A stretch of 64,000 bases of DNA from Lytechinus pictus. Its lineage: Eukaryota. Position 1 is the first letter of the stretch, and the number at the start of each line of letters is the position of its first letter. The DNA lies in NCBI RefSeq assembly GCF_037042905.1, contig NC_087246.1:2792001-2856000 (forward strand), read 5' to 3'. Shown here piece after piece: positions 1-14,967 of this stretch. The notes below the pieces were generated by a model. The model had not been told where the DNA came from, ran no database searches, and worked only from the letters and a program-made list of their open reading frames with translations. The position numbers and the translations under genes are program-made.

Positions 1-15
1 TTAAAATCTACTTAC

Positions 16-169
16 TTAATTTCAAGTCGTCGATGTACTTGTCGAAGTTGTTAGCGTTCAATCCGTATTTCGAGCTTGGTTTCAAGATATTTCTTATGTA
101 AATCCATAATATTATGGATAAACCAGCAATACCGGTACTCACAGCAACGAACATTTCAACACGGTGCAT
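16..169 (-). CDS. Probable first coding exon of a neighbouring gene; N-terminal signal-anchor/TM protein (MHRVEMFVAVSTGIAGLSIILWIYIRNILKPSSKYGLNANNFDKYIDDLKL...)
   Basis: ATG at 169 with an in-frame upstream TAG, 51 codons + 1 nt, then a strong donor GTAAGT at 15-10; hydrophobic stretch near the N-terminus. Too short for the ORF track; no family recognised. Confidence 0.45.
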
Positions 170-1369
170 ATGGATCAGCTGTTCATCAAACTAGGCTTGA
201 TTCAAAGAACTTGCCCATACGGCCGGGTTAAGAGAAAAGTTAACTAACAAATTTTCTCCTTCAGGTAGTGCCTTAATGGGCTAAATGAGGTCATTAAATG
301 AGAATTTGGGGCAAGAAATCATAATTTCTTACGAAAAAAAATCTTAAAGAGTCATCTGTGAGCAAATGGAAATGACATCAAATAGATGAAGAAAAAGAAA
401 CAGCTATGCCGTAGACTAGAGTGCTTATTATTTTCGGCACTTTTCCGCAATGGCTAGTGCGAGACAACTTTCATCCAATCAAATTGGTGCATCACGGATA
501 CAGTCGACATCGTAGCGGCGTTATATATCTCTGGAGGAAATATAGTTCAATGAGGAGGAAACCGGGAGGGGGGCGGGCTCGATCGCTCGCAACATTCCAC
601 TGGAGTTTTCTTTACAGGTCCTCCTTGGTAGCAAGGGAGGTTCAGGGGGTTCCGCTGCACCCTGCAGTTCGTCAACAGCACAAAAAAGGGGGAAAAGAAG
701 AAAAAACACCAGGAAAAGACGAAAAAAGATTTCAAAAGGGAGAAAATTGAAAGAAACAAGGTCATTATATAGGCAGAAAACAAACACAAAAGTCGCTCGG
801 GCGCTCACGTTTCGCACTCATTGCCTATTGAATCGTTAAGGTACTCTTCTTGTTTGTGATTTCAAAAGTTGATTTACATGTCAAGTTTTAATAGGTTTAA
901 ATCGCCCCTAAAATTTAACTTGCTTTTGCACTCTCCAGGCGATCTGACCAAGCAGCTATTCTCCTGCCCCTGGCCCCAAAAATGTTTCTGTTATGTTATG
1001 TGTGGGAAAATATCGATCGAGCAAAAAATCACATATCCAAAATCATGGGCATCGATCATTGTATTATTAATATTCCCCCCCCCCCCCCCGATGAATAGAA
1101 CTTGCTGCGGATCGACACCACTGTTAAAAATACTTGAGAATGTTTTTCATAACCATTTCATCTACATGTTTAACTCCCATCAGGCCCCGATTAATGTTCT
1201 ATATGAGGGCTTGTGATTTCACTTCACGCTTCGCTGGGGATCATAATCGACAAAGAGCAGCTGCCAGGGCCTCGACAAGAGGCTAGCTATATAGTCCATA
1301 GTGACTCCCATATATGAAAATGAAGGAAACTGACATGGCCAATTTGGAATGTGGGACAAACATTGGCAG

Positions 1370-1612
1370 TAAAAATAAATAACAATAAATGAATAATAGG
1401 TCATCTGTCATACTGACAGGCCACCTAATAAATATAAACCGGATATATATTATGCTTTTTACCAGATGAGTGCTCAGTGCATTCAAGGAATTAATCCTTG
1501 GGATATCCATTCAACTAATTTGAGCAGCACAATGTGGATAAATTTCCTGCTGAACGAAAACATGCCATGGCTGGGATTCCAAACCCAATACCATTATGTT
1601 TGAAAGACGAGT
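1370..1612 (-). mobile_element. Decayed tRNA-derived SINE-like element
   Basis: Minus strand reads GGGTTTGGAATCCCAGCCATGGC (B-box-like), then ...CAGCAGGAAATTTATCCACATTGTGCTGC..., ending in a TTTA/TTA-rich tail near 1370. Confidence 0.5.
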
Positions 1613-1682
1613 GTTGGTTTAGCCTATATGGTGTTTAATTATCTTAGAAGTAAAACTGCTTGTATACAAAGTGAATACCTTT

Positions 1683-2130
1683 AGGATTGTAACAGTCTGC
1701 TGGTTGGTCTTCCTTCTACTATGCTGAACAGACTCCAGGGTGTTCAGAATGCTGCTGTTAACCTGCTTACTGGTACAAAAAATATGACTACATCACCCCT
1801 GTTCTAAAAGAGTTGCACTGGCTACCAATTAAGTCCAGGATCGAATTCAAAATCCTTCTCTTGACTTTCACAGCTGTCCATGGGTTAGCTCCAGGATATG
1901 TTGACCTCCCTCATAGAACGTCGTCTACGGCCTGGCTTGCGCTCATCTGGCACTGGTGTCACTCTTCACGTACCCATTACACACCTAAGGGGTTATGGTG
2001 ACTGTGCCTTTTCATCTAATATTCCACGGCTTTGGAACTCCTTCTCTTCATCGCTCCATGAACTTAAAATTAACAGCATTGAACTCTTCAATTGTACCTC
2101 AAAACTCACTCATTTCAGCAGATGTGAAGT
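1683..2130 (+). mobile_element. 3' fragment of an L2/CR1-group LINE ORF2 (region after the RT domain), frameshifted
   Basis: Translation gives DCNSLLVGLP..LNRLQGVQNAA...ITPVLKELHWLPIKSRIEFKILLLTF..VHGLAPGY and AFS..PRLWNS, motifs typical of L2-group ORF2 C-termini. Confidence 0.8.
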
Positions 2131-2569
2131 AATTAGTTTAATTGTATGAGCCTGCACCTATGGATGTTTTTAACAAAAATATGGCCCAAAATAAATGCTG
2201 TGGATCATCATCATCACATTACTAAAAAATATAACCCTTGGTGAGCAAGGGTTATATTTCCATCTGATATTTCATCTGATAAGAAAAGCAAGCATTGGAA
2301 TCTTATCCATTCCATCAATCATTGCTGGGGCTGAAATTTTTACATGACTTCCAATTAATTATGCAGATGTCTTCTTTGAGTTGCATTGTTCATTATCTTT
2401 AACATCTAAGGTTTTAATTCTTTTTTTTTTTTTGCACCCCCTGAAAGTAGGGCTAAGGGCACATATAACGCTTGTCTCCGTAGATAAGCCAAGAGATTAG
2501 AGTAGAAAACAAGAATAAAATCAAAGAGAAAGAAGTTTGGCAAACAAAAAAATGCAATTAAACAATCAA

Positions 2570-5500
2570 ATTATTTTGTGAAGTACTGTACATTTATTGT
2601 GAATTTGAAGCTATAATAATTTGTCAGAAGTTCCTTCAATATTAAATTATCTCTTCTTTTTTTTACTCTGCATCTAAGATCATAACACTACAATGTTTAT
2701 GCTGCGGCATGCTAGCATAACTTATCCCAATTACATTATTATAATATTATAAATTCTGTATAACAAAAGTTGAAAACGACATCAAATTCACATAGTGAAC
2801 AAAGTTGGCAACCAAACTATACACATGCGTAAAGGATATATTGTAATAGTTTTACAAGACACTCATATAACTTTTTTCTTTCTAAATTTTTGCTGCATAA
2901 TCTATTTGTCATGGAAAGTGCCACATACTTTGCACAAACATATACTTATATATATATTTTCATAAGCAAGTCATATCTCTAAAAGATCAATAAAAATCTT
3001 GCAATATATCTTACAATATTAACTTCCTATTATTTTTAGTCTTTGGAATACAGAAAAATAAAGTGAACTTTTATAGAAGAGCTACCTAATGCATATATCA
3101 CAGTTCAGTAGTGTTTTTATTTTCCTAATTGCATGAACTTGTTTGTGTATCACAATACAAGATGAAAGAAGGGACATATATAGGTGAGTCTTCACCAGTC
3201 TTATTGAGGCAAAGTAATTGCTACTATGACAATACCAAAATGGTGGCAGCTCTTCACCTTCCTCATGAAAACCCAATAGAGTAGATAGATATTGGGAAAA
3301 CCTGACAGGGTCAAGGAGATCCATTCAAAGCCTTTCTAAAAGCTTTATTAAAGTACTTTCTGACATTCCAATCCTATAAGAGTGTAGTGACCATTATATC
3401 TTTTTAAATCTGTTGATTCTTTGTGGAAATTTGAGTTTTTCATTAGAAGATATTGAGTTCATTCTCTCAGCTATGTTCACTGCTTTCATTGCAATTGACA
3501 AGTGAACATGTAAATTGAGAGCTAAGTAACATCTTCAAGAGGACTGGTACTGAACTGAATAGATTTTGTAAGAAGCATAAATGTTTTGAAAGATTCACCC
3601 GATGAGCATATGTCAATAATGAAATTATATTAACTCATGCCTAACAAGCAGATCCACATACCTGCTGAGCACATGGTAGAAGGTTGCGAGTCAAAGAGAA
3701 ATATTAATATATTGTGTGTTGTGATTGACCTGCCCTGCGTCCAGAAAAGAACCATGGATGTGGTATATATGTCAACAAAGACATGATTACAGCAGCCACC
3801 TTTGTGTTTGTGTAGAGCAGTGTGGCTTCACATTATTACTAAGGAGTTAACAATGACTTTATTAGGACAAAATTATGATACGGTAGTCAAATACCTCTCT
3901 TGGAATTGCCTTGGGGACAGAGATTTAGAATTTGCCAACATGGTTCCCTTGTTCCGGTAATCTCAAGGTCTAAATGTCATGAAATACAACACTTAACAAT
4001 AAAAAGGGAATTGTTAGGACTAGAATCAATAGATTTCTCCTCTCCAAGGTTGTCAAGAAATGTATTATGGGCAAAGAAAACATTTCATGATAAAAAATGT
4101 ACAATCTTAGCCCTTTCTATTATTGAGAAGTAAAATGTAATGATTGTAATTTTCAGTAAAGAATATTCTTTAAGAACCTTATTTATTCTGTACAGGTGGA
4201 CAAAAAGTTGTGCACTATCATTAAACAGTGTCAATTCACACCTACATATGTAACACATAGCTCCATAATAAAGATTTACATGTGATTAATAGAAAATATA
4301 CACTTTGTTACAGAAATCACTTGGAATGACAAACTTTCATTCAATTTACAAATCTCTAAATAAGGAAAATGCCTTTTTTACAATATCAAAGTAAAGTCAT
4401 CCTTGATTATCCTGCAGCAAATTAACATTGGAAATGTGATGCAATGGCCTTATCTCTGATGAAACACCTACTGTATCATCCATATCCCTTATCATACATT
4501 CTACATCAGGGACACTAGAAAACTAATATTTTACATTACTTGAGTTGCTTACAAATCATTTCAAGACTCGTAACTAGGAGAGTTATCACCTCTCCTCATC
4601 ATACTCCAATATACATGGGAAACATATTCTACTCCAATATACATGGGAAACATATTCTACTCCCATATCAAGGAAATCTTCCAACAAGTGCGAAGCTCTG
4701 GCGGACATATATACATGGGGAAATGGTTCACACTATCCTATCCCTAACTTTTCAGAGTGATAGAGAAAGATAAAAGTTTACTTTCACTTATAACTTACAG
4801 GTAATACAGTGTTGGCAAAGCCCAAGGGAATATTAACATTTTTTTTTCCTTATCTTGTTTCTCCTTTAAGTCAGTTCAATAAAATGACTATGAATGACCC
4901 ATAATTGATTGCTTCAGCCAAAAATATCCTTAGCATATTTCTGTACGTCACATCACAAAGAAATGCCCTTATGCAATGTGCACATATGATCAAAGGTTAT
5001 TAATCCAAAGCAATGAAAAAATAAGAGGTGCTGCAGGTGTTTTCACATCACCATGACAAATTGTACTTCTAAATAATATCCTCTGAGCCATCAAATATCT
5101 TCTGATTTTTATGGTTATCCAGCAAGGTCGAATAGCAGGATTAGAGAAATAAATACTCCTAAATGTAAATTTTAATAAAGAATTATAAAAACATTTAGGA
5201 AAAAAAAATTTCCATGAAACAAAGCCTCATTTGTTAAAATTCTGATTTCCTTTCTCATAGACATTGTGTACAATATGGAGGCATGATTAAGAGTAAGTAA
5301 CCTCTTATAGAGTATAATGGATATATGTTTTTAAAATGTCTTCAGCAATATCATTTGGCAGTAATGTTTATCAACCTATGGGTGGAATTCTGAGCAAAAA
5401 TTCAAACTCAAACAATAGCTTGAAATAACCTAAATGAATGGCCATATTATATGTACAATCACTTGATATATATAATATCAATGTGTGAATGCAGGGTTAA

Positions 5501-6730
5501 CTGTGGATGTCCTTCATACACAGGCTTCTATTGTGATATATTCACACTAACAATAGGGGACCGCACAACCATAATATTGTAACTAATGGATAGTACAGTT
5601 ATCTCAAATCAAGGACTGTTCAATACAAATGCCACTAAGAGCAAATCTGCTTCACAAGAGCATTTAATTATAGTAGAGGACTGTAATTTCATATTGGTGG
5701 ATATGGCACTATTGCCAACAGGTTATCTTCAAAATGCATTTTGTTCACCAACATGCACAGAAATACCATGCAACTATAATACATGATCACATATTTTTCA
5801 ACTAGATTTCCCTCAAGAAAATTCATGCATTCAAATACATATACTTCAAGAATAAAAAGTACAATACATGTACATCAACAATAAAAATGTTACACAAACA
5901 TGATCATCTAATTCACATTTTTGTATAACATCTGTTGATATAATCATCAATGTTTCTCTATTTTACGTATAAACATTATAAACTTTGTACATTAGATTAT
6001 ATATGCATGATTTCAAGAGCGTGTACAAATATGCAAGACACACCCTATTCTCCTTTAAATTTAGAATCATCCATAACTATACAATCATAAATCATTCATG
6101 CAAATCATCTTCCTTACTTTATTAACCTATTCAGCTCAACCCCTTAGACCATCGAGAAGCAGTGGAAATAAATAACAAATTGCAAACTTAAGGGTCCTCT
6201 CTAACAATTTTCATATGGTGATACCAATATATCGATGTGAATATTTGCCTAATGTGGAAATTGTAAATTACAAATTTACCTTCAGATTAGACTCTAAAAA
6301 TCACTAAATTCCATTACACACTCAAAGAATCAATGTAAGAGCATTAGTATTTATTCCAGATTGTGGGTTCAAGTCTGAGAAGTATTCATGGAATTTCAAA
6401 AAAAAAATTATTGGTGATTTCAACATTTGCTCCTGTCTTGTATATTGCCTCCTTTTAACAGATCTCAAATAACTCATAATACTATTATAAGAGTCCCCAT
6501 TTGAAAACTCTTACCACTGAACCTATACAGAGTTGAAGATATACTCTCATAAAACATGGTCAAATTTTAGCCACTGCTTTTACTACACTACACCAACCTA
6601 AAGGGAAAAATATATAATATACAAATATCTCTGCCCTTTCCTCTCCATCTCGATCAATCTGTCCATTTGTTGTCCCCTCTGTACTTTACGGCAGTTGTCA
6701 GGAAGGTTCCACTTGTCAAATTTCAGCTAT
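2570..6730 (-). other. ERK: Putative ERK terminal exon 9: last base of the TGA stop plus a long 3' UTR
   Basis: Strong acceptor tctttcctctctcag ends at 6731; first exon base A (6730) completes TG|A. Downstream sequence is AT-rich and poor in recognisable transposons. The 3' end is a guess. Confidence 0.55.
2593..2598 (-). promoter_or_regulatory. Candidate distal polyadenylation signal of the ERK gene
   Basis: AATAAA on the minus strand followed by a U/GU-rich tract (about 2570-2535). Other AATAAA hexamers lie more proximally, so the site used is uncertain. Confidence 0.35.
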
Positions 6731-7339
6731 CTGAGAGAGGAAAGAACATATGATGAAGTGCAAATAGTTGCACAATTAGTGATAAGAATTTAGTGTGGTA
6801 ATCATATCTGATCCTTCAGAGAAAATTGAAATTACCATTTCCATACCAGCAATGAACTACTATGTTCATCTTTAAGTGGTATGGCTGAAAACAGAATTAT
6901 AAAACAATTTAATTTTTAAAAATCAAATTGAAATACATAAGTTTTGGCAAATAGGAAGATTAAACAGGAACTTACTGTTTGATCCTTAATTTACAAGTAA
7001 CTGCAGATTAGAGAATACCGCCTACTAAGTATACATTTCTATTTTCAGAGCAACTGTGACTACTAAAGAAAACAAAACAAATACTATGCATATGTAAATA
7101 TAGCTAAAGATCCTGAGTAAGGGCAGGAGAGGAGAGCATGTATTCTCTATCCTCCAATTACTCATAAGATCAGGATCAAATTTCAAACTGTATGTTCTCG
7201 CTTAATTCTATTTTATTTCGACTCATTAGTCACAAGAGCCAAATTCAAGTCAAACCAGTCTAACCTGCTACTTGTAGACACTGTAAATCATTGGATACAA
7301 AACTGCTTTAATATGTGAAGGGCATTTGCTAGACCTCCA

Positions 7340-7530
7340 CTGCCTTGTTATAAAACTTCAAAAAAACATTTTCTCATTTGGCAAGAGAAGTGGATGCTGC
7401 CCATTTAGAATGGGATTTGTACAGGTCTGTATCTATGCCTGATGATTTCATTACCATTCTAATCCACCTTGTAATTGTTTGTGAAGATGCCCTTTTGCGT
7501 GGTCTCTGGTATAAGATAAACAATTGTTTT
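7340..7530 (-). mobile_element. Tyrosine-recombinase C-terminal remnant, DIRS-like retrotransposon
   Basis: QLFILYQRPRKRASSQTITRWIRMVMKSSGIDTDLYKSHSKWAASTS...FLKFYNK matches the DIRS YR pattern (S..TI.RW, GID...HS.R.AS.S, F..FY); the catalytic Arg is lost and a stop is present. Confidence 0.7.
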
Positions 7531-8031
7531 TCCAACTTCATTTTATCTTTTATTTGCAGCGTACTGCTCGGTGCAGCAAACAGCAACTGCTGGATGGCAG
7601 AGACTTTCGTGAAAATAATTAACTTTGTTAGGTGAAGAAAATATTGTTGCTATAACATTGTAAGCGCAACAAATACATTGAAATGTAAGCATAGCAAGCG
7701 GGCAGTCATGTATTCTTGTTCCAAATATTAAGGCAATCAAATAATTTGTGACCCCTTCATAAAACCTAAAACTGATGTATGACGTAACTACAATGTGAAT
7801 GAAGTTTCAAAGCAACCAGCTGACAAACATGCAAGAGAATGATCACCTATCCATAATGATAATATAATGTGCATTTAGGTATTTTTAATATCCTAAATCT
7901 CTATTCGGGATCTGCCGAACATATTAATATGAATACTGGTTGTAATTTACTGACTGGTGGAAAGCCATTCAAATCATTTAAGTGTTCAATGATTGCTCCC
8001 ATGCCCAGTGTAAAACTACAAAAACTCTTAC

Positions 8032-8150
8032 CATTGAGATTTTGGTGGTGGATTGAATTTACTGGCTTCTTCGAAGATCATCTCCTTCAGTTTTTCTTTT
8101 GGTAAGTCATCCAGCTCTGTGGCAAATGTGAACGGTTCTTCTTTCACAGG
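8032..8150 (-). CDS. ERK: ERK exon 8 ([39 protein letters not shown] + TG)
   Basis: Matches the ERK C-terminal L16 segment ([16 protein letters not shown]); acceptor tttccag, donor gtaaga. Confidence 0.95.
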
Positions 8151-9572
8151 CTGGAAACAAAAATCAATGGTACATATACTTTATACATAGATGCTTAACA
8201 ACATAGCTAGGATGATAATGTTCAATAGCACAATGAACCACTGGATACATTGTGAGGTGGAGTATTGTTTTCTTTTTGTGTTTTAAGTATAAAACAAACT
8301 CATTATTTTGTTCCATGTAGCAGCGAGTCCTACAGTTGTTTTGACCTATGATTTTCTGACAGAGACTGGTGGAATGGTGAAACACAGAATACATAATAGA
8401 AATTCTGTGTCTTTATGGGAAAAAAAGTAATTTGAGAGCAAAATATAGAATAAAATCTAGGCTTTTAATATATCAAAACTTTCAAATATCAAATTTTAAA
8501 TCTTTTATAAACCAAGTTGAGCATGGAAATAAGATTACGAAGGAGGATTTATCGATTGTAATGCTTTGAATCTATCCATCTGTAGCATTATAATATTGCA
8601 TCATATATGGGCACTGCAATATTTTATTTGTTGGTTTGTAAATTGTAACTACTCCACATTGACCGCTGGAGTCATAGCACCATCTCACGGTGAGAAGCAA
8701 AGAATGGTAGGGAGTGTAATTGTAAACAAACATGGCAGCGCAAATTCAATATCGTAACATTATGGGCTGATAAATTCAAGTAAGAAAAGTGAGAAGTCTT
8801 GCATGGAAATCATGTTTCCAAATTGACCAAGTCATATGAAACAATTTTAAAGTGGTGGACTTTCATTCGGTGAATTTCTAATTTATTTATTTCAAGGAAT
8901 CAAACCTGTGATGCCAGCAGCAGTGCTCCAGTGCCTGGCTGCTTTGACTAAGCCCTTATACTTATATTTGGGTTTTTTTTATGTCTCCTCATCCCCATTG
9001 TAAAATATCCTCTCGACTGAATAGGACATTTAACATGAATATATAAATAAAATATCAATATTTGAATGCATCTTTTTTGGGGGGACAAAGCAGTAACTAT
9101 GAAAGTTTGAATTATTGTGATGTGGCCCTTAGCATTATAATCCCAGTGAGCAGAAGCTGCATTTTGTTCTGTTTACAACTCAACAGACAAAATGGCCACA
9201 TCCACAAAATCAGATTATAACAATACATGCCGCTAACTTCAAGCAAGAACACCTGCTCATTACTTGTGTTTCCATAGCTCTACTAGGTGGATTGAAGGTT
9301 TGAAATATAGGCTTGAGAAAGTTCTATAAACATAGATAAAGAAATAAAGGACTGAAAGTGGTTGATATTCAGTCTTTGGTGAATTTTTTGTTTTAATAAT
9401 GGCATTTTGAGCACACTGGCCTACATACTTCAGATGGATCGACATGGCACGATTCCATGCGCAAACTAGTCATAAACTAAAATATCGTGCAAGAGTCACA
9501 GTAGCATTATTCTCCTGTCAATCTATTGTATTGATCTTTGATATGTCTTCCTTGAAATGAAATGAAATTTTA

Positions 9573-9734
<162 letters not shown>

Positions 9735-10165
9735 TTAGAATGTTATCACAAAAGAAAAACAATTGTACATAATAGATGCAATGTTATCTGTGGTATGTCT
9801 TCTTTTTTATCACACTCTGAATCTATTTTGTTCTGATTATTTATTTTTCTTCTCCTCTTTCTTGGTCTCCCCGAAATGTTGTGCATCGCTGTTCGACCCC
9901 TTCCTCTATTCAAATTCATTCAAAATTTCATATCTATATTCGTTAACATCTCTGGTTGCACAACAACTTCATTTTTCAAAATCCTTCATGCATGACCTTC
10001 CTGATGCCCTTTTGTCCATTTCAGGTCACTTTGCATATGTTACAGATGCCCTTTTGTCCATTTCAGGTCACTTTGCATAAGTTATTGATTTCTTTCATAT
10101 CGCCATCAGCCTAGACGCTATCACTTCTCACAAAGTGCTTTCGATAGTCTAAGAGCTGTTCCTGA

Positions 10166-10772
10166 GAGGTCCAGTCCACCCCAACCAAAGAAGTCAATTT
10201 AAATAAGAAAATCAAATGAGTATAATGCTGAAAATTTCATCAAAATCAGATGCAAAATAAGAAAGTTGTGGCATTTAAAAATTTTGCTTCATACTTTTCA
10301 CAAAATACTTATGTGTATATGCATAATACAATGATATGCAAATGAGAGAGTCGGTGATGTCACAATTTCTTTTGTATTTTATTGTTCAAATTATAAAATA
10401 TTTCATATTTTGCACATTTGACAATAAGGAAAGTCTTCCTCGTAAGGCGATAGGTTACAACAATGGGAATCCCACACTGTCAAGAAGGATTTTAACATTA
10501 AAGTGAAGAGAAGATCAAAATATTACACATTTCATATAATAGAATACAAAAGACATATCAAGTGACATGATTCTCTCATTTGCATACTGAATACGATATG
10601 CATAAACAATTTTGTGAAATTAAGTGCAACTTTACAATATTGTAACTTTCTTAATATTTTAACATACAACCGATTTTGGTGGAATTTTGTGTGAAGCTTG
10701 TCTGGTTTTTCTCTTTTCAAATTAGCCAAATAAACTTTTTTATTAAGGTAGACTGGTCACTTGCCCTTTAAT
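10166..10772. mobile_element. Old non-autonomous DNA transposon of a TTAA-type family; related decayed copies at about 21775-22290, 34810-35065, 43471-43903 and 57000-57185
   Basis: Imperfect inverted subterminal blocks (GCTGAAAATTTCATCAAAATC, TATGCAAATGAG/CTCATTTGCATA) recur in these copies; right end CCCTTTAA. Confidence 0.55.
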
Positions 10773-10904
10773 ATCCAACAAAATAGCAATCCCTCAAAAT
10801 ATCATCTAAGGTATTCAACATCATCATCATAATCGCCATCATTATTGTCATCAAAATCATGTATTGGACAATTATCAAAGCTATCTCTCAAATCAGCTAC
10901 TTAC

Positions 10905-11063
10905 CTTTTTTACATGCTTTGGGGTACATAACTCCAAAGGGGACTTTTTCCTTAATGGGCAGTCCTTGAAGGTATGATCTAGCCTTCACATTGATGATGC
11001 ATTTCAGGTCATCTGGGGTTGGTGTACCTATAATTCCAAGGATGTGGTTCAGCTGATCTAGAT
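10905..11063 (-). CDS. ERK: ERK exon 6 ([53 protein letters not shown])
   Basis: Subdomain X and MAPK insert; 159 nt, phase 1 to phase 1; donor gtaagt. Confidence 0.97.
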
Positions 11064-12604
<1,541 letters not shown>

Positions 12605-12999
12605 TCACTTTTGTGGCAATCTGGTTTTACATGTACATGTAGTTATCTTTTCTCACCTGAAGGAAAGATGTCTATTCCAATAACCTGAGTATGATCACCC
12701 AGGAAGTGATCATACAAATAGTTGATGTATTCCCTCTTATCAATTGGATGTGCTGAAATATATTTTGCATACTAAAGGCTATGTCACATCATTACATCAT
12801 TCCGTGCAAGCCTTGCATGTGATTTGAAGGTAATTATTTTTGCTACCCGCAGGTCACCCGCATTGGCAGGATCTCGCTTGTATCTCCCACGCAGTTGCGC
12901 GCAGCAGCGCACAGAAGTCTGATATACCCGCAGAAAAGTTTTGAACATGATCAAAACTTGTTTCGGGTGAGTTACACGTAATATCCTGCAGGTTCCATG

Positions 13000-13800
13000 G
13001 TCTAAGTTCATTGACCTTAAATGACCTTTGACCTTGGTCTAGTGACCTGAAACTCAGGCAGGATGTTCAGTAATACTTGATTACCCTTATGTCCAAGTTT
13101 TATGAACTAGAACACCAGTAGAGATCCACAGCAGCCGCAAGTCACATGCAGTTAACCCGAAAGTATGCAGATTGCCTGCGGATCTCTGGCTATACTCTGA
13201 AAATATGTGTTATCTGCAGCCATTCTATGTGCAGCAAATTGGCCATGACACCATCGTCTAGGATAAATCTGATAGGCTGTAATTAGCAAAATTGCAGAAA
13301 ATTTGACATCAAATGTCTTAGATTTGGTCTGCAATCCTACTGCAACAACGCAGGTCACAGTTGCAGTGCATTGTGGGTTTGCAATCGGATCAAGGTGCAA
13401 TCGCGTCGCATAATGCGTGCTGGGCTTTACACAAAATAAAAGTACACTGTCCCTCAATTGGTTTGTTGTGAAAGTAAAATTCCTTTGTGACATCACAATT
13501 ACCTTGCTTGAGCAAGATCTAGATGCTTGTATACAGTTTACATGTAGACAGGCTAGCAGAAAAAGCAGAACACCTTTCAAATTTATGATGGCATTCAACT
13601 CAACAAAATACCTTAACTTGGGCAAGGTTCATTGACCCTAAATGAGTTTTGACCTTGGTCATGTGACCTGAAACTAAGGAACGATGGTCAGTGATGCTTG
13701 ATTACTTATATGTCCAGTTTTCATGCACTACATTCATATACTTTCAAAGTTAAAATGACATTTCAAAAACTTAACTTTGGTTAAGATTTCAATGTTGATT
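13000..13800. repeat. Interrupted repeat with TGACCTTTGACCT motifs (two related units, about 12995-13110 and 13625-13745), possibly Helitron/Helentron-associated
   Basis: Two diverged copies of GTTCATTGACC.TAAATGA..TTTGACCTTGGTC..GTGACCTGAAACT; family assignment is from general resemblance only. Confidence 0.4.
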
Positions 13801-14967
13801 TACATGGAAAATATTTATGTCCAAAATAAAAAAATAAAAAAATAAAAACTCACCTACAATTCATCTATTTTCTTCCCTGGCAACAAAATGAATACTATGA
13901 GTGTCCAAAAATATCAATGGTATATCCCTGTGAATCTTGTGCAATTAAGTATGTGATATGGTTCACACAAAAAAACGTACTTCAATGTCAATATTGAAGA
14001 TGATCAGCAAATATATATGCATATTGCTTACCCTTACCACGGTCCCATATTTTCAAATTTGTTTACCATTCATATGACACCATTTCTTGCATTTCGCAAA
14101 GTCCATATCGGACCAATAAATCTGGCTATTTCTGAAAAGTTACTGGCCCGACAGCAATTTGTACCAGTCTGGGACCATCGGACCAGTGCCAGTGTCATGC
14201 GCTAAATGTAGGTAAAGTGCGTTATTACATTTGTGGGAAAAGTGATCGTGGGTTACATTGCCAGTTTTGACAAGTGCTTGAAAGTTAATACTGAGATCGC
14301 ACAGTGTACACATTTACACTTGAGTGAACCCAAACTTCAAACCTTAATTTCTACTTTTTTTTTATTAAAGCCGGAGCTGCATTTCTTCTGCATTCAATCA
14401 AGTATTTATGTGGGTTAATTTTGATCAATTTTCACAAGTTATATATCATTTTGAAACTTAGAATGTACCTTATCAACCTCAATTAATTTTTTTAATTCTC
14501 TTTGGGCGACTTTTTGTTGGTTTGGGGGTGGCAGGTCACAATGCAGGCCCAGTTTCCATGAGGTTAAGAATGCTGCTGCCAGGTCAAAATTATATGGACT
14601 GAAGAGAATGAGCGAAACACAAGTTCCATCATACAAAGGTCACAAAAGTTTGGTCAAGTGCTCACTTTTTAATAAATCTACATCTTAGAGCACTTTAAAA
14701 TGAAGCAAGTAACAATACGATTACCTTTTGTCCATGCAACAGCATGTGGAATATTCACTTTCTAATAATATACAGATGACAAGTAGGAGAGAGTCATTTG
14801 CATAAGGTAAATCCATGAGATTACGCATACCTTCCTCACATGAGAAGAAGGTATAATTACTTGGAACATCTACAGGTATATACATGTATCAGCACTTATA
14901 GGGGGAGGAGAATTTATTAACAATTAATCTTCTCCATAATTTACATAACTTAAATCCCTCTGAAGAT

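Noticed and set aside
421..1216. Cluster of overlapping short ORFs
   Set aside because: Overlaps low-complexity and repeat-like sequence (A/G runs, C-run, GCTCG motif); no coding signature.
10003..10080. 42-bp-period tandem duplication in intron 6
   Set aside because: Real but an ordinary local duplication with no sign of function.
13152..13625. 157-aa minus-strand ORF
   Set aside because: Crosses boundaries of unrelated repeats; no domain features.
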